Below, piece by piece: positions 9,571 to 18,584 of a stretch of 64,000 bases of DNA; positions within the stretch are counted from its first letter, which is position 1, and each line of letters begins with the position of its first letter. A model generated the notes under the pieces. The model made no database searches, was not told the DNA's origin, and saw only the letters and a list, made by a program, of their open reading frames with translations. Where the stretch lies: contig CAVRBY010000001.1 of assembly GCA_963719375.1 (NCBI GenBank), forward strand, positions 186,322 to 250,321, written 5' to 3'. The DNA comes from an uncultured Actinomycetes bacterium (GTDB lineage: Bacteria; Actinomycetota; Thermoleophilia; Solirubrobacterales; Thermoleophilaceae). The position numbers and the translations under genes were made by a program.

Positions 9571-12045
9571 CTACGCGGCTCGTGGCGAGGCGAGCGCCGG
9601 CGCCCCCTCGGTGCGACGACGCTCCCCTTCGAGGAAGGCTTCGGCCGCCTCGAGCCGCTCACGGCAGAAGACATACGTGGGGGAAAGCTCGAGCTCGGTT
9701 CGCCGCGCATCGAGCAGCCGGACGGCTGAGTCCTCATAGGCGACGAGCCGGAGTTCGCAGAGCACACGCACGAGTCGTGCGGCGAGCGACCCGGAGCGCG
9801 GGATGGCGGCGGGTCCGCGCAGGGCCGTCTCGAGCGCCTCGCCCCTGCAGGGCGCGGCCGGGCGCAGTTCGCGGTAGAGGGCCTCGAGCTCCGGCCGCAG
9901 ACCGAGCGACTGGCGGGCCACCCAACCGCTGAAGTCGATCTCGGCCACTCCCCACGCAAGATGGGCAAAGCCCGGTGTCACGCGCGAGCAGGGGTGGCCG
10001 AGAAGGACCAGCCCGGCGGACGACAGAGGCGGGTCGAGTGCAACCAGATGCTCGAAGTCCGCGCCGATGGCAGGGTTGGCCTCGAGCGCGTCCCAGCTTG
10101 TCAGGGCAATCTCGTCGCCACCCGCGACGATTCGCCCTAGTGCCCCGCTCCGGCGCGCGCTCTCGGCGCAGACGATCAGCACTCGTTCACCGCTTGAGCG
10201 CAGGTCGCCGACAACCCCCGCGAACCCCGACCCGCGACGATCGATGACGGCTCGCCGTGGACCGGCCGGCTCACGCCCGGTGCCGTCGAAGTCGATCGGC
10301 AGCTCGCGCGCATACTCCCGATCGAAGTCGCCCCAGAAGTCCCCTTCGCCGAGGATTGGCACGTCTCCGCCGGGAGTCGGGCAAAGGGCGCGCAGGACGA
10401 GCCGCGGCTCGACCGCCCCACGCCACTCGTTGAGCTCGAGCCGCACGGCCGCGTCGCGACGACCGTCCTCGCCCGCGAGCAGTGAGCGCGCCGGCGTGCG
10501 AAAGGCGACCGCGCGAGCCCGCCCACCGCCGCCGCAGATCGTGAAGCGGGCGTGCTGTCCCTCATCGCCCATCGCGCGCACTTCGTCGACGCGCGCGGCC
10601 GGTACGAGGAGCGTCGGGCGCGGGTTGCCGTGCCCGAACGGACCGAGGCGCTCAAACTCCTCTGCAAGCGGCACGCCGACGGCGTCCGCGGATATCACGC
10701 AATCCACTCGCTCGACGGGCACGAGGTCCTCCGGCGCTAGCACCGCGCCCGCATGCTCTGCCAGCGCTCCGCGGAAGTCGTCGACGCGCTTTCGCTCGAG
10801 CTCGAGACCCGCGGCCGCCCGGTGTCCGCCGAAGCGGAGCAGGTGGGCTGCGGATGCTGCCAGGCCCGCGTGGAGGTCGTAGGCGGGAATGCTCCTGCCC
10901 GACCCGCGTCCGCGCTCGCCGTCGAGAGCGATCACGACGCATGGCCGGTGATAGCGCTCGACGAGGCGCCCGGCGACGATTCCGATCACGCCCGGATGCC
11001 AGCCCTCGCCGGCGACCACGCAGACCGGCAGGTCCGGATGCTCGGCCCGGGCCGCCTCGGCGGCGAACAGGATCCGCGTCTCGGTGTCCTGGCGCTCGCG
11101 ATTCAGCAGGTCGAGCTCGTCGGCGATCTGCGCTGCCCGCGCCTCGTCCTCGCACAGCAGCAACTCGAGCGCGGCGTCTGCGCGCGCGAGGCGTCCCGCG
11201 GCGTTCAGTCGCGGGGCGAGACGGAACCCCACGGCATGCTCGTCCACCCGACCCGGGTCGACCGCGGCGATCTCCATCAGCGCACGGAGCCCAGGCTTCG
11301 ACGTCCGGCTGAGTGCCGCGAGCCCCTCGCGAACGAGCCTGCGGTTCTCGTCTACGAGCGGGACGACGTCGGCGATCGTCGCGAGCGCGACCAGGTCGTG
11401 ATCCGGCGACGCGGGGTCGCGACCGGCCAGACCCAAGAGGCGCTCGCTGAGCTTGAGGGCCACGCCCGTGGCACAGAGGTGCTCACATGGGTAGCCGCAG
11501 ACCGTGGGATGGACGATCGGGCAGTCCGGCAGGTCGTCCGCCGGCCTGTGGTGGTCGGTCACCACGACGTCCACGCCGAGCCGCCTCGCCTCGGCCACCT
11601 CCTCGACCGCGGTGATCCCGCAGTCGACGGTCAGAAGCAGCCCGCACCCCTCGGCTGCGAGCCGCTGCACAGTCTGCGAGGTGAGGCCGTAGCCCTCGCT
11701 CCGCTCCGGAAGGTGCCAGCGCGCCTCGGCGCCAAGCCGGCGAAGCGCGCGCGCGAGCGTCGCGGTGGAGCAGACGCCGTCGACGTCGTAGTCGCCGTGG
11801 ATCACGACCTTCGACCCGCGGGCGACATGGTCGAGGATCAGTTCGCAGGCTGCGTCGATGCCGGCGAAGGCCGCCGGATCGTGTGAGTCCCCGGCAGAAA
11901 GGAACCGGCGCGCCGCCTCTGGCGTGTCGAAGCCGCGGCGGACCAGGATCGAGGCCGTCGCATGGGACAGCGAGAGCTCAGCGGCGACGCGGTGCGCGCG
12001 TGCGTAGTCGTAGGGAGATGCCCGCCAGCGTCCTGCAAGTGTCAT
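9571..12045 (-). CDS. recJ: Single-stranded-DNA-specific exonuclease RecJ with a long C-terminal extension
   Basis: DHH/DHHA1 motifs (VVIHGDYDVDGVCS, LLLTVDCG, VVVTDHH, FGGHRAAAG). Start is ATG 12045 (MTLAGRW) or GTG 12084. Confidence 0.92.
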   Translation of the reverse strand: MTLAGRWRASPYDYARAHRVAAELSLSHATASILVRRGFDTPEAARRFLSAGDSHDPAAFAGIDAACELILDHVARGSKVVIHGDYDVDGVCSTATLARALRRLGAEARWHLPERSEGYGLTSQTVQRLAAEGCGLLLTVDCGITAVEEVAEARRLGVDVVVTDHHRPADDLPDCPIVHPTVCGYPCEHLCATGVALKLSERLLGLAGRDPASPDHDLVALATIADVVPLVDENRRLVREGLAALSRTSKPGLRALMEIAAVDPGRVDEHAVGFRLAPRLNAAGRLARADAALELLLCEDEARAAQIADELDLLNRERQDTETRILFAAEAARAEHPDLPVCVVAGEGWHPGVIGIVAGRLVERYHRPCVVIALDGERGRGSGRSIPAYDLHAGLAASAAHLLRFGGHRAAAGLELERKRVDDFRGALAEHAGAVLAPEDLVPVERVDCVISADAVGVPLAEEFERLGPFGHGNPRPTLLVPAARVDEVRAMGDEGQHARFTICGGGGRARAVAFRTPARSLLAGEDGRRDAAVRLELNEWRGAVEPRLVLRALCPTPGGDVPILGEGDFWGDFDREYARELPIDFDGTGREPAGPRRAVIDRRGSGFAGVVGDLRSSGERVLIVCAESARRSGALGRIVAGGDEIALTSWDALEANPAIGADFEHLVALDPPLSSAGLVLLGHPCSRVTPGFAHLAWGVAEIDFSGWVARQSLGLRPELEALYRELRPAAPCRGEALETALRGPAAIPRSGSLAARLVRVLCELRLVAYEDSAVRLLDARRTELELSPTYVFCRERLEAAEAFLEGERRRTEGAPALASPRAA

Positions 12046-12270
12046 GGGCGTGATTGTCCGCGCCGGGCAAGACGGAAAATGCACCGGCCGCCGCCATCAC
12101 GTCTCTGCGCTCACCCTCGGCGCTCATCCGGTGTGCGACGGCGGATCGGGGCTCAGGCGCTCAAGGCCACCCCTTTTAGGTGTCGCGCTTGCCGACCGCC
12201 GCGGACGCATGGGCGGCGGCGCACGCTTCAGCGGCGAGTTGGCAAAGGTCGGACGCCGGCGACCCGGGTC

Positions 12271-12543
12271 TCAAACCCGGCGCGCAGCCCCCTCTTGGCG
12301 GATCCCGACGGCATAGCAGGCGGCCAGTCCGATCAGTGCGCCGGGGATCGCGAGCAGCGCCTGCGCGAAGTGGGTGTCGTGGCGCCCGGGGATCGTCAGC
12401 CCCGAGACGAAGAAGCCGAACAGCGCCGCGCCGATGACCGCCGCGAGGAACGCGCCGACGATCCCGCCCCAGAAGCGATCGGGGATGAAGACGGTGAAGT
12501 GCCACAGGGCAATCGCCATCATCACCCAGACGAGCATGCTCAT
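12271..12543 (-). CDS. Small membrane protein, GlsB/YeaQ/YmgE-like
   Basis: 90 aa with three hydrophobic Gly-rich helices. Its ATG (12543-12541) overlaps the secF TGA (ATGA). It is the in-frame tail of the artefactual 868-aa ORF. Confidence 0.6.
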   Translation of the reverse strand: MSMLVWVMMAIALWHFTVFIPDRFWGGIVGAFLAAVIGAALFGFFVSGLTIPGRHDTHFAQALLAIPGALIGLAACYAVGIRQEGAARRV

Positions 12544-13796
12544 CGCGGACGACCGTGCCTTCTCCGGCGGCGGGCCTCCCGGCGCGCCTTGAGCGGGTCG
12601 TCCGGCTGCGAACGCTCGGATTGACCGTCGCGGCCGCGGTCGCCGTCGCCACCGCGCGGCTTCGGCCGTGACCCCGTCGAGGAGGTCCGCGCCGGACGCG
12701 CGGGCTCTTCGGCCTGCTCGGTGCGCTCGGCGTCCCCGTCGCCGGTGATCGGCGGATCCTGAACGGCCGCGCCGGCAGCCGCGCGTCTCGGGCCTCCGGG
12801 AGTCGCCGGCGTGCGGCGTGGCCGCGGCGCGGGGACGGCCGGCTCGGCGGTACCGAGCTCGCTCTCCGCGTACGCGGGCACCACGCCGCCGTGGTCCTGC
12901 TCGACGAGCCGGCGGCGACGGACCCAGACGGGCTCTCGTTCCTTCCAGGCCGTCAGCACCGGCGAGGCGATGAAGATCGACGAGTACGCACCCGACGCGA
13001 CACCGATCAGCAGCGCGAACCCGAAGTCCTTCAGCGTCGAGCCGCCGAAGAACATCAGCGCGGCGATCGGGATCAGGGTGGAGAGGCTCGTCATCAGAGA
13101 GCGCGTCAGCACCTCCGACATCGACCGGTTCACGATCTGGGAGAACGTCGCGCGCGGCATGCGCGGCACGTTCTCGCGTATTCGGTCGAACACGATGATC
13201 GTGTCGTAGAGCGAGTAGCCGAGGATCGTCAGCAGGGCCGCGACGGTCGAGGTTGTCACCTCGCGCGAGGTGAGGGCGTAGACGCCGGATGTGATCAGCA
13301 GGTCGTGAGCGAGCGCGATCAGTACCGGCACGGCATATTTGAACTCGAACCGCAGGCCGATGTAGATCGAGATCAGCAGCAGCGACGCGATGATCGCGAT
13401 CGCGGCCGTCCGGGCGATCTGCTGTCCGAACGTCGGGCCGACGGAGCTGACCGTGAAGTTGCCGCTGCGCACGCCAAAGTTGTTGTTGAGCGCGGTCTCG
13501 ACGGAGGTGACCCGTGCGGGGTCGAGCTTCTTGAGCGAGATCTGTACGACGTTCTTGCCGAGCTTCGGGTCCTTGATCTGCTGGACCTGGGCGTCGCTGA
13601 AGCCGGCCCTGCTGAGCGCGCTGCGCACCTGGGCCACGGTGGCCGCACGCTCCGTGGGCGCGGTGATGCGCGTCCCGGAGGTGAAGTCGATGCCGAAGTT
13701 GATCCCGAGCGTCGAGATCGCTATCGCGCCCGCGAGGATGATCGTCCCCGAGAAGGAGAAGAACCAGCGGCTGTTGCCCATGAAGTCGAAGCGCAC
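12540..13796 (-). CDS. secF: Protein-export membrane protein SecF (possibly the C-terminal half of a fused SecDF)
   Basis: SecF-like sequence (FGIDFTSGT, LAHDLLITSGVYAL, YSLYDTIIVFDRIRE) with a long basic/Pro-rich tail. The frame stays open upstream of GTG 13796 (..GAARLLRSRWAFNIGSLAHR). Confidence 0.9.
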   Translation of the reverse strand: MRFDFMGNSRWFFSFSGTIILAGAIAISTLGINFGIDFTSGTRITAPTERAATVAQVRSALSRAGFSDAQVQQIKDPKLGKNVVQISLKKLDPARVTSVETALNNNFGVRSGNFTVSSVGPTFGQQIARTAAIAIIASLLLISIYIGLRFEFKYAVPVLIALAHDLLITSGVYALTSREVTTSTVAALLTILGYSLYDTIIVFDRIRENVPRMPRATFSQIVNRSMSEVLTRSLMTSLSTLIPIAALMFFGGSTLKDFGFALLIGVASGAYSSIFIASPVLTAWKEREPVWVRRRRLVEQDHGGVVPAYAESELGTAEPAVPAPRPRRTPATPGGPRRAAAGAAVQDPPITGDGDAERTEQAEEPARPARTSSTGSRPKPRGGDGDRGRDGQSERSQPDDPLKARREARRRRRHGRPR

Positions 13797-15674
13797 GCGG
13801 TGCGCGAGCGAGCCGATGTTGAATGCCCAGCGCGAGCGCAGCAGCCGCGCAGCGCCCCATCGAGCCGAGCATCGCCTGCGTCGCGAGGACGGCGGTGAAC
13901 AGGGACACGAGCGTGCCGACGCCGAGCGTGAAGGCGAAGCCCTTGATGCTCGAGGTGGCGAGCATGAAGAGGATGAAGGCGACGCCGAAGGTGACCGCGT
14001 TCGCGTCGATGATGGCCCGCAGCGCCTTCGCGTAGCCGGTCTGGATCGCGCGCGGGATCGACCCTCCGAGGCGGGCCTCTTCCTTGACCCGCTCGAAGAT
14101 GACGATGTTCGCGTCCGCCGCGACGCCGAGCGTCAGGATCAGGCCCGCGATGCCAGGCAGCGTCAGCGTGATCGGTATCAGCTTCACGAGCGCGAACAGC
14201 AGCAGCGCGTAGATGACGAGCGCCAGGCCCGCGACTACCCCCAGCACGCGATAGAAGAGCAGCAGCAGGAGCAGCGTCAGCGCCAGTCCCACGGCGCCCG
14301 CGACGAGGCCCTGGTTGAGCGCCTCCTGGCCGAGCGTGGCAGAGACCTGCGTCTTGGAGATCAGCTTCAGCTCGATCCCGAGCGCGCCGATGCGCAGGTT
14401 CTGGGCGAGGTCGTTGGCCTGCTGGATGCCGCCGAGACCGCTGATCTCGGTGCCGTTCGAGCCGTCGATGCCGTTCGGATACTGCGTGTAGTCGACCGAG
14501 GCGAGCGAGACGACCTGGTTGTCGAGCGTGATCGCGAAGTCCTGAAAGCTCGACGACCGCGGCGTCCCGGGCGGCAGGATCTGCGAGGCGCCGCGCTGCG
14601 CGAGCCGCTTCGTGACTCTGCTGAAGGCCGCCTGGCCGGAGCCGGTGAAGTTGAACTGGACGACCGTGCCTCTGGTCGGGTCTTGGACGACCTTCGGATC
14701 GGTGACCTCGTTGCCCGACAACTCGGAGTCGTCCTGGAGCACGTAGTAGGCGTTGTTCGGCGTCTTGCTCGAGGCGCCCTGCGGGTTCTGTGCCTTGATC
14801 AGGACGACGCCCTGGGGGACCTTGACGATGATGCTGCCCTTGGCCGGGCCGACGCCCTCCTTGGCGAGCCGCGCCATCGTCCCCGGACAGGCCGTGCCCC
14901 TCGACGCCGGACCCGCGTTCGGGTTTCGCTGCGCGCCGCCGCCGAGGCCGGCCGTCCCCTCGTAGTCCTGGGCGATCTCGCTGCAGCTCTCGTAGTAGGC
15001 GGTCGCGTCGTTCGAGTTGGAGAACTGCTGGACGCCGCCTCCCGTGCTCGACCTGGCCTGGGCGGATCACCTGGCGGCTGGCGGAGGTGCCCGGACCGAA
15101 GAGGTAGTACTTCGTTCCGGACGTGTCGTTCTGGCGGTCGTAGTACTGCTCGATCAGCCGCTGATTGCCGTGGAATTGAGCGCTGACCGCCTTCGACGGG
15201 CCGCTGGGTGGAATGTCCGACGCCTCGGGGGTGTCGTGCTGCTTCGCCGCCAGCTGGACGGCCGGGAACAGCCCGAAGGTGCCGGAGGGGTTCGAAGAGG
15301 TCCTTCTCCCAGTCGTAGAACTGCAGCTGCGCGGTGGTGCCCACCTGCTGCTCTGCGCGCGCTGCGTTCTGGACGGCGGGCAGCCCGACCGAGATCTCGT
15401 TTTGGCCGGCGCTCTGGATCTCGGGCTCGGAGACGCCGAGCGCGTTGGTGCGCTTCTGGATGATCCCGATCGCGTCGTTGATCGATTGCTGCGTGACCTT
15501 CGGGACCTTCGGTGTCGGCCGCCCCTGATAGACCAGCTCGACGCCACCGCGCAGGTCGAGCCCGAGGCGGGTCGGCTTCGAGGCCGGGCTGCCCGGGATC
15601 ACCACGAGCAGCGCCCCGACGGCGAGCAGCCCAACCAGCGCGAGGATGATCAGATTGCGGCTTCGGAGCGACAC
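13797..15674 (-). pseudogene. secD: Protein-export membrane protein SecD, read in three frames (frame disruptions near 15296, 15058 and 13855)
   Basis: N-terminus MSLRSRNLIILALVG..QLQFYDWEKDL is followed by ..NPSGTFGLFPAVQLAAKQHDT..LFGPGTSASRQVIRPGQ in a second frame. A third frame carries ..VQQFSNSNDATAYYE..MARLAKEG..LIPITLTLPGIAGLILTLGVAADANIVIFERVKEE..AMLGSMG. Confidence 0.85.
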
Positions 15675-15693
15675 GGGCTCTAGATCGTGATGC

Positions 15694-16137
15694 TCAGTGG
15701 GGGGTGACGACGATCAGCAGACCGCCGTCGTCGTCGTAGGCGGGGAAGATGTCGGCGGTCGCGGGCTCGGGATGCTCACCGGCGGCGGTCACCGTGGCGG
15801 GCTTGCCGAGCACGCGCACCCCCCACTCGAGGGCTGTCGCGATGTGGTCGTCGCCGTTCTGGAAGTTGAGCCCGAGCACCTCGCTCACGGGACGTCCGAT
15901 GACGTCGGCGTCCCCGAGACCGGTCAGTTCGCGCGTTCCGCGCCCGGCGGCGACGACGCGCGTCTTCGCGTCCGTGACGAAGAACGCCGCGTTCGGCGAC
16001 GGGTAGTAGTCGTCGAGCAGCTCGAAGAGGAAGCCGAATCCGCATTGGGAGCAGCTCGGAGCCCGATTCTCGAAGCCCGCGGTGCGCTCGCCGGACATGA
16101 AGCGGTGACCGCAGTTCGCGCAGATGAAGTGAGTCAT
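15694..16137 (-). CDS. Hypothetical zinc-ribbon plus PAS-like domain protein
   Basis: CANC..(16 residues)..CSQC at the N-terminus, then a PAS-like segment (FFVTDAKTRVVAAGRGTRELTGLGDADVIGRPVSEVLG). It lies 19 nt upstream of secD on the same strand. Confidence 0.55.
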   Translation of the reverse strand: MTHFICANCGHRFMSGERTAGFENRAPSCSQCGFGFLFELLDDYYPSPNAAFFVTDAKTRVVAAGRGTRELTGLGDADVIGRPVSEVLGLNFQNGDDHIATALEWGVRVLGKPATVTAAGEHPEPATADIFPAYDDDGGLLIVVTPH

Positions 16138-16219
16138 TTCGTTGCCATCGGCGCGGGTTCGGTTCGTGCGGGTCCGCCCGGCGGCCTGCCGTCTAGCTTA
16201 CGGACTGGTCTGCCCAACG

Positions 16220-17258
16220 TTAAAACAGGCTCGCGGCCCGTTCGCTGCGGGCCAGGCCCAGATGCGCGAAGGCGGCCGGCGTGGCCACCCGGCCACGCGG
16301 TGTCCGCTTGAGAAAGCCGCACTGCAACAGGTAGGGCTCGTAGACGTCCTCGATCGTGTCGGCTTCCTCACCAACCGCCACGGCGAGTGTCGAGAGGCCG
16401 ATCGGACCGCCGTCGAACTTGCCGCAGATAGTCATCAGGATGTCCCGGTCGAGCCGGTCGAGCCCGTGCGCGTCGATCTCGAGCAGGTCGAGCGCGTCGC
16501 CCGCGATGGCGGCGTCGATCTCACCGCGGCCGCGGACCTGGGCGAAGTCGCGCGCGCGCTTGAGCAGGCGGTTCGCGACCCGCGGCGTCCCGCGCGAGCG
16601 TCCGGCGATCGCGAGCGCGCCGGCGGCGTCGAGCGGGACCTCGAGGATGCGCGCCGAGCGGCGTACGATCTCGGCGAGCTCGGGCGTCGTCGTAGAGGTC
16701 GAGCCTGAAGGAAACACCGAAGCGGTCACGGAGCGGCGTCGTCAGGAGCCCCGCGCGCGTGGTGGCTCCGATCAGCGTGAAGGCCGGCAGATCGAGCGTG
16801 ACGACTCGCGCGCCGGCGCCCTGGCCGACGGTGATCGGCAGCTTGCGGTCCTCCATCGCCGGATAGAAGGTCTCCTCGAGCGCGCGCGGCAGGCGATGGA
16901 TCTCGTCGACGAAGAAGACGGACCGCGGCTCGAGCGCGGTCAGGAACGACGCGATGTCGCCCTTGCGCTCGAGAGCGGGCCCGCGGTCTGGACGAACGGT
17001 ACGCCGAGCTCGTGGGCGACGATCTGTGCGAGCGAGGTCTTGCCGAGCCCTGGCGGACCGGCGAGCAGAACGTGGTCGAGCGCCTCGCCCCGGCTCGCGA
17101 GCGGCCTCGACGAATACGCCGAGCTGGTCGCGCACGCTCGCCTGGCCGACGAAGTCCCCGAGGCTGCGCGGCCGAAGCGAGCGGTCGAGCTCGTCGTCGC
17201 TCTCGAGCTGGGCGGCAGCCGCGAGACGCTCGACGCCGGGCGTGCGCAGGCCGTCCAT
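16220..17258 (-). pseudogene. ruvB: Holliday-junction helicase RuvB with three frame disruptions (about 17095, 16979, 16697)
   Basis: The Walker A stretch [37 protein letters not shown] is readable only in a shifted frame between about 17095 and 16979. After RLDLYDD an extra C (GACGACGCCCGAG) shifts into the frame holding [15 protein letters not shown]... Confidence 0.9.
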
Positions 17259-17836
17259 CAGCGGGCCGCCCTCAGCGCCTCTGAGATCAGCTCCTCGGGG
17301 GTCTCTCCGGTCGCCTTGTCGAGCAGGACGTCGATCTCCCTCGCGCCGTACCCGAGCGTCGCCAGTGCCTGGCGAGCCTCCGAGATCGGATCGTCCGGGA
17401 TTGCGTTGACGAGCCCGGTCGACACGTTCTCCTCGCCGCCGACGCGTTCTCTCAGCTCGACGATGATCCGCTCCGCGGTGCGCTTGCCGATCCCCGGTAC
17501 CGCCTGGAAGCGACCGGCGTCGCCACGTCCGATCGCCTGGAGCAGCTCCCGCACGGGCCCGCCCGAGAGGACCGCCAGCGCCACCTTCGGACCGACTCCT
17601 TGCACGCCGACGAGCAGGTGGAATAGCTCTCGCTCCTCCTCCGTGGCGAAGCCGTAGAGCTGCATCCCGTCGTCGCGCAGAACGAGGTGCGCCAGCAGCA
17701 TCGCCTCCTCGCCCGCCGGCGGGACCGCGCGCAGAGTCTGAGCGGAGACGCTCAGGCGGTACCCCATGCCAGCCGCCTCGATGACGACATGGTCGCCGCG
17801 GCGGACCGCCACTTCGCCGCGCACCGATGAGATCAC
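17258..17836 (-). CDS. ruvA: Holliday-junction DNA-binding protein RuvA
   Basis: GTG 17836 opens VISSVRGEVAVRRGDHVVIEAAGMGYRL.. HhH motifs follow (LLVGVQGVGPKVALAVL; FQAVPGIGKRTAERIIVEL). The stop overlaps the ruvB ATG (TGATG). Confidence 0.9.
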   Translation of the reverse strand: MISSVRGEVAVRRGDHVVIEAAGMGYRLSVSAQTLRAVPPAGEEAMLLAHLVLRDDGMQLYGFATEEERELFHLLVGVQGVGPKVALAVLSGGPVRELLQAIGRGDAGRFQAVPGIGKRTAERIIVELRERVGGEENVSTGLVNAIPDDPISEARQALATLGYGAREIDVLLDKATGETPEELISEALRAAR

Positions 17837-17934
17837 CTCGCCACCGCCCCGGGCGGAGCGCTGCGCGCTCTGCCCTCGATCACCACGTGATCGCCGCGAC
17901 GGACCGCAACCTCCCCCCTGACCGACGCGATCAT
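17833..17934 (-). CDS. 33-codon ORF duplicating the RuvA N-terminus (MIASVRGEVAVRRGDHVVIE-GRARSAPPGAVAR)
   Basis: Its ATG overlaps the ruvC stop (ATGA) and its TGA overlaps the ruvA GTG (GTGA). The first 20 codons are 19/20 aa and 46/60 nt identical to ruvA codons 1-20. Confidence 0.35.
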   Translation of the reverse strand: MIASVRGEVAVRRGDHVVIEGRARSAPPGAVAR

Positions 17935-18422
17935 CCGACGACTGCCCGCATGTGAGCGCCGTTGGCGTGACATATGGCCACGGCGAGGGCATCGGCCGCG
18001 TGGTCGGGCTCGGGCGGCTCGGGCAGCGAGAGCAGCGTGCCGACCATCCGCTGGACCTGCCCCTTCTCCGCGCGACCGGACCCGCAGACGGCCTGCTTCA
18101 CCGCCTGCGGCGTGTACGAGTACGCGGGTACGCCGGTCATGCCCGCGGAGAGCAGGACCGCGCCGCGTGCCTGACCGACCGAGAACGCCGTGCGCGCGTT
18201 CTGGCCGAAGAAGAGGTCCTCGACGGCGATGGCGTGTGGCTCGTGCGCCTTGATCAGGTCGCAGACGCGCGCGTGGATGCGGGCGAGACGCCGCTCCAGC
18301 GGCTCGTTGCGCGCGGTGGCGATGACCCCCCCGTCGAGAGCCGCAAGCCGCTGTCCGTGCGCGAGCACGACGCCATAGCCGGTGTTGGCCGTGCCGGGGT
18401 CGATGCCGAGGACGATCACCAT
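17931..18422 (-). CDS. ruvC: Crossover junction endodeoxyribonuclease RuvC
   Basis: MVIVLGIDPGTANTGYGVV.. with a RuvC-like core (AIAVEDLFF, PDHAADALAVAI). The ORF extends to 18482, but ATG 18422 matches the family N-terminus. Confidence 0.92.
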   Translation of the reverse strand: MVIVLGIDPGTANTGYGVVLAHGQRLAALDGGVIATARNEPLERRLARIHARVCDLIKAHEPHAIAVEDLFFGQNARTAFSVGQARGAVLLSAGMTGVPAYSYTPQAVKQAVCGSGRAEKGQVQRMVGTLLSLPEPPEPDHAADALAVAICHANGAHMRAVVG

Positions 18423-18584
18423 CCCCGAGATTCTGCGTGGCGACCCGGACGCCTGCCGTGGGCACTGGCATCTCGGGTTCACCCAGAACTGGCCGAGCTG
18501 AACGCTCGGCGGATGGCGGCGAACCCCAGCCCGATGCCGGCGCCGCCCCTGCTCAAGCCTGGGAGGCGGCTCGCGGCGCGGTCG

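Noticed and set aside
12271-14877. An 868-aa ORF suggesting one large protein.
   Set aside because: It is a chimera. The SecD C-terminal half reads through out of frame across secF and happens to end in the frame of the 90-aa GlsB-like gene.
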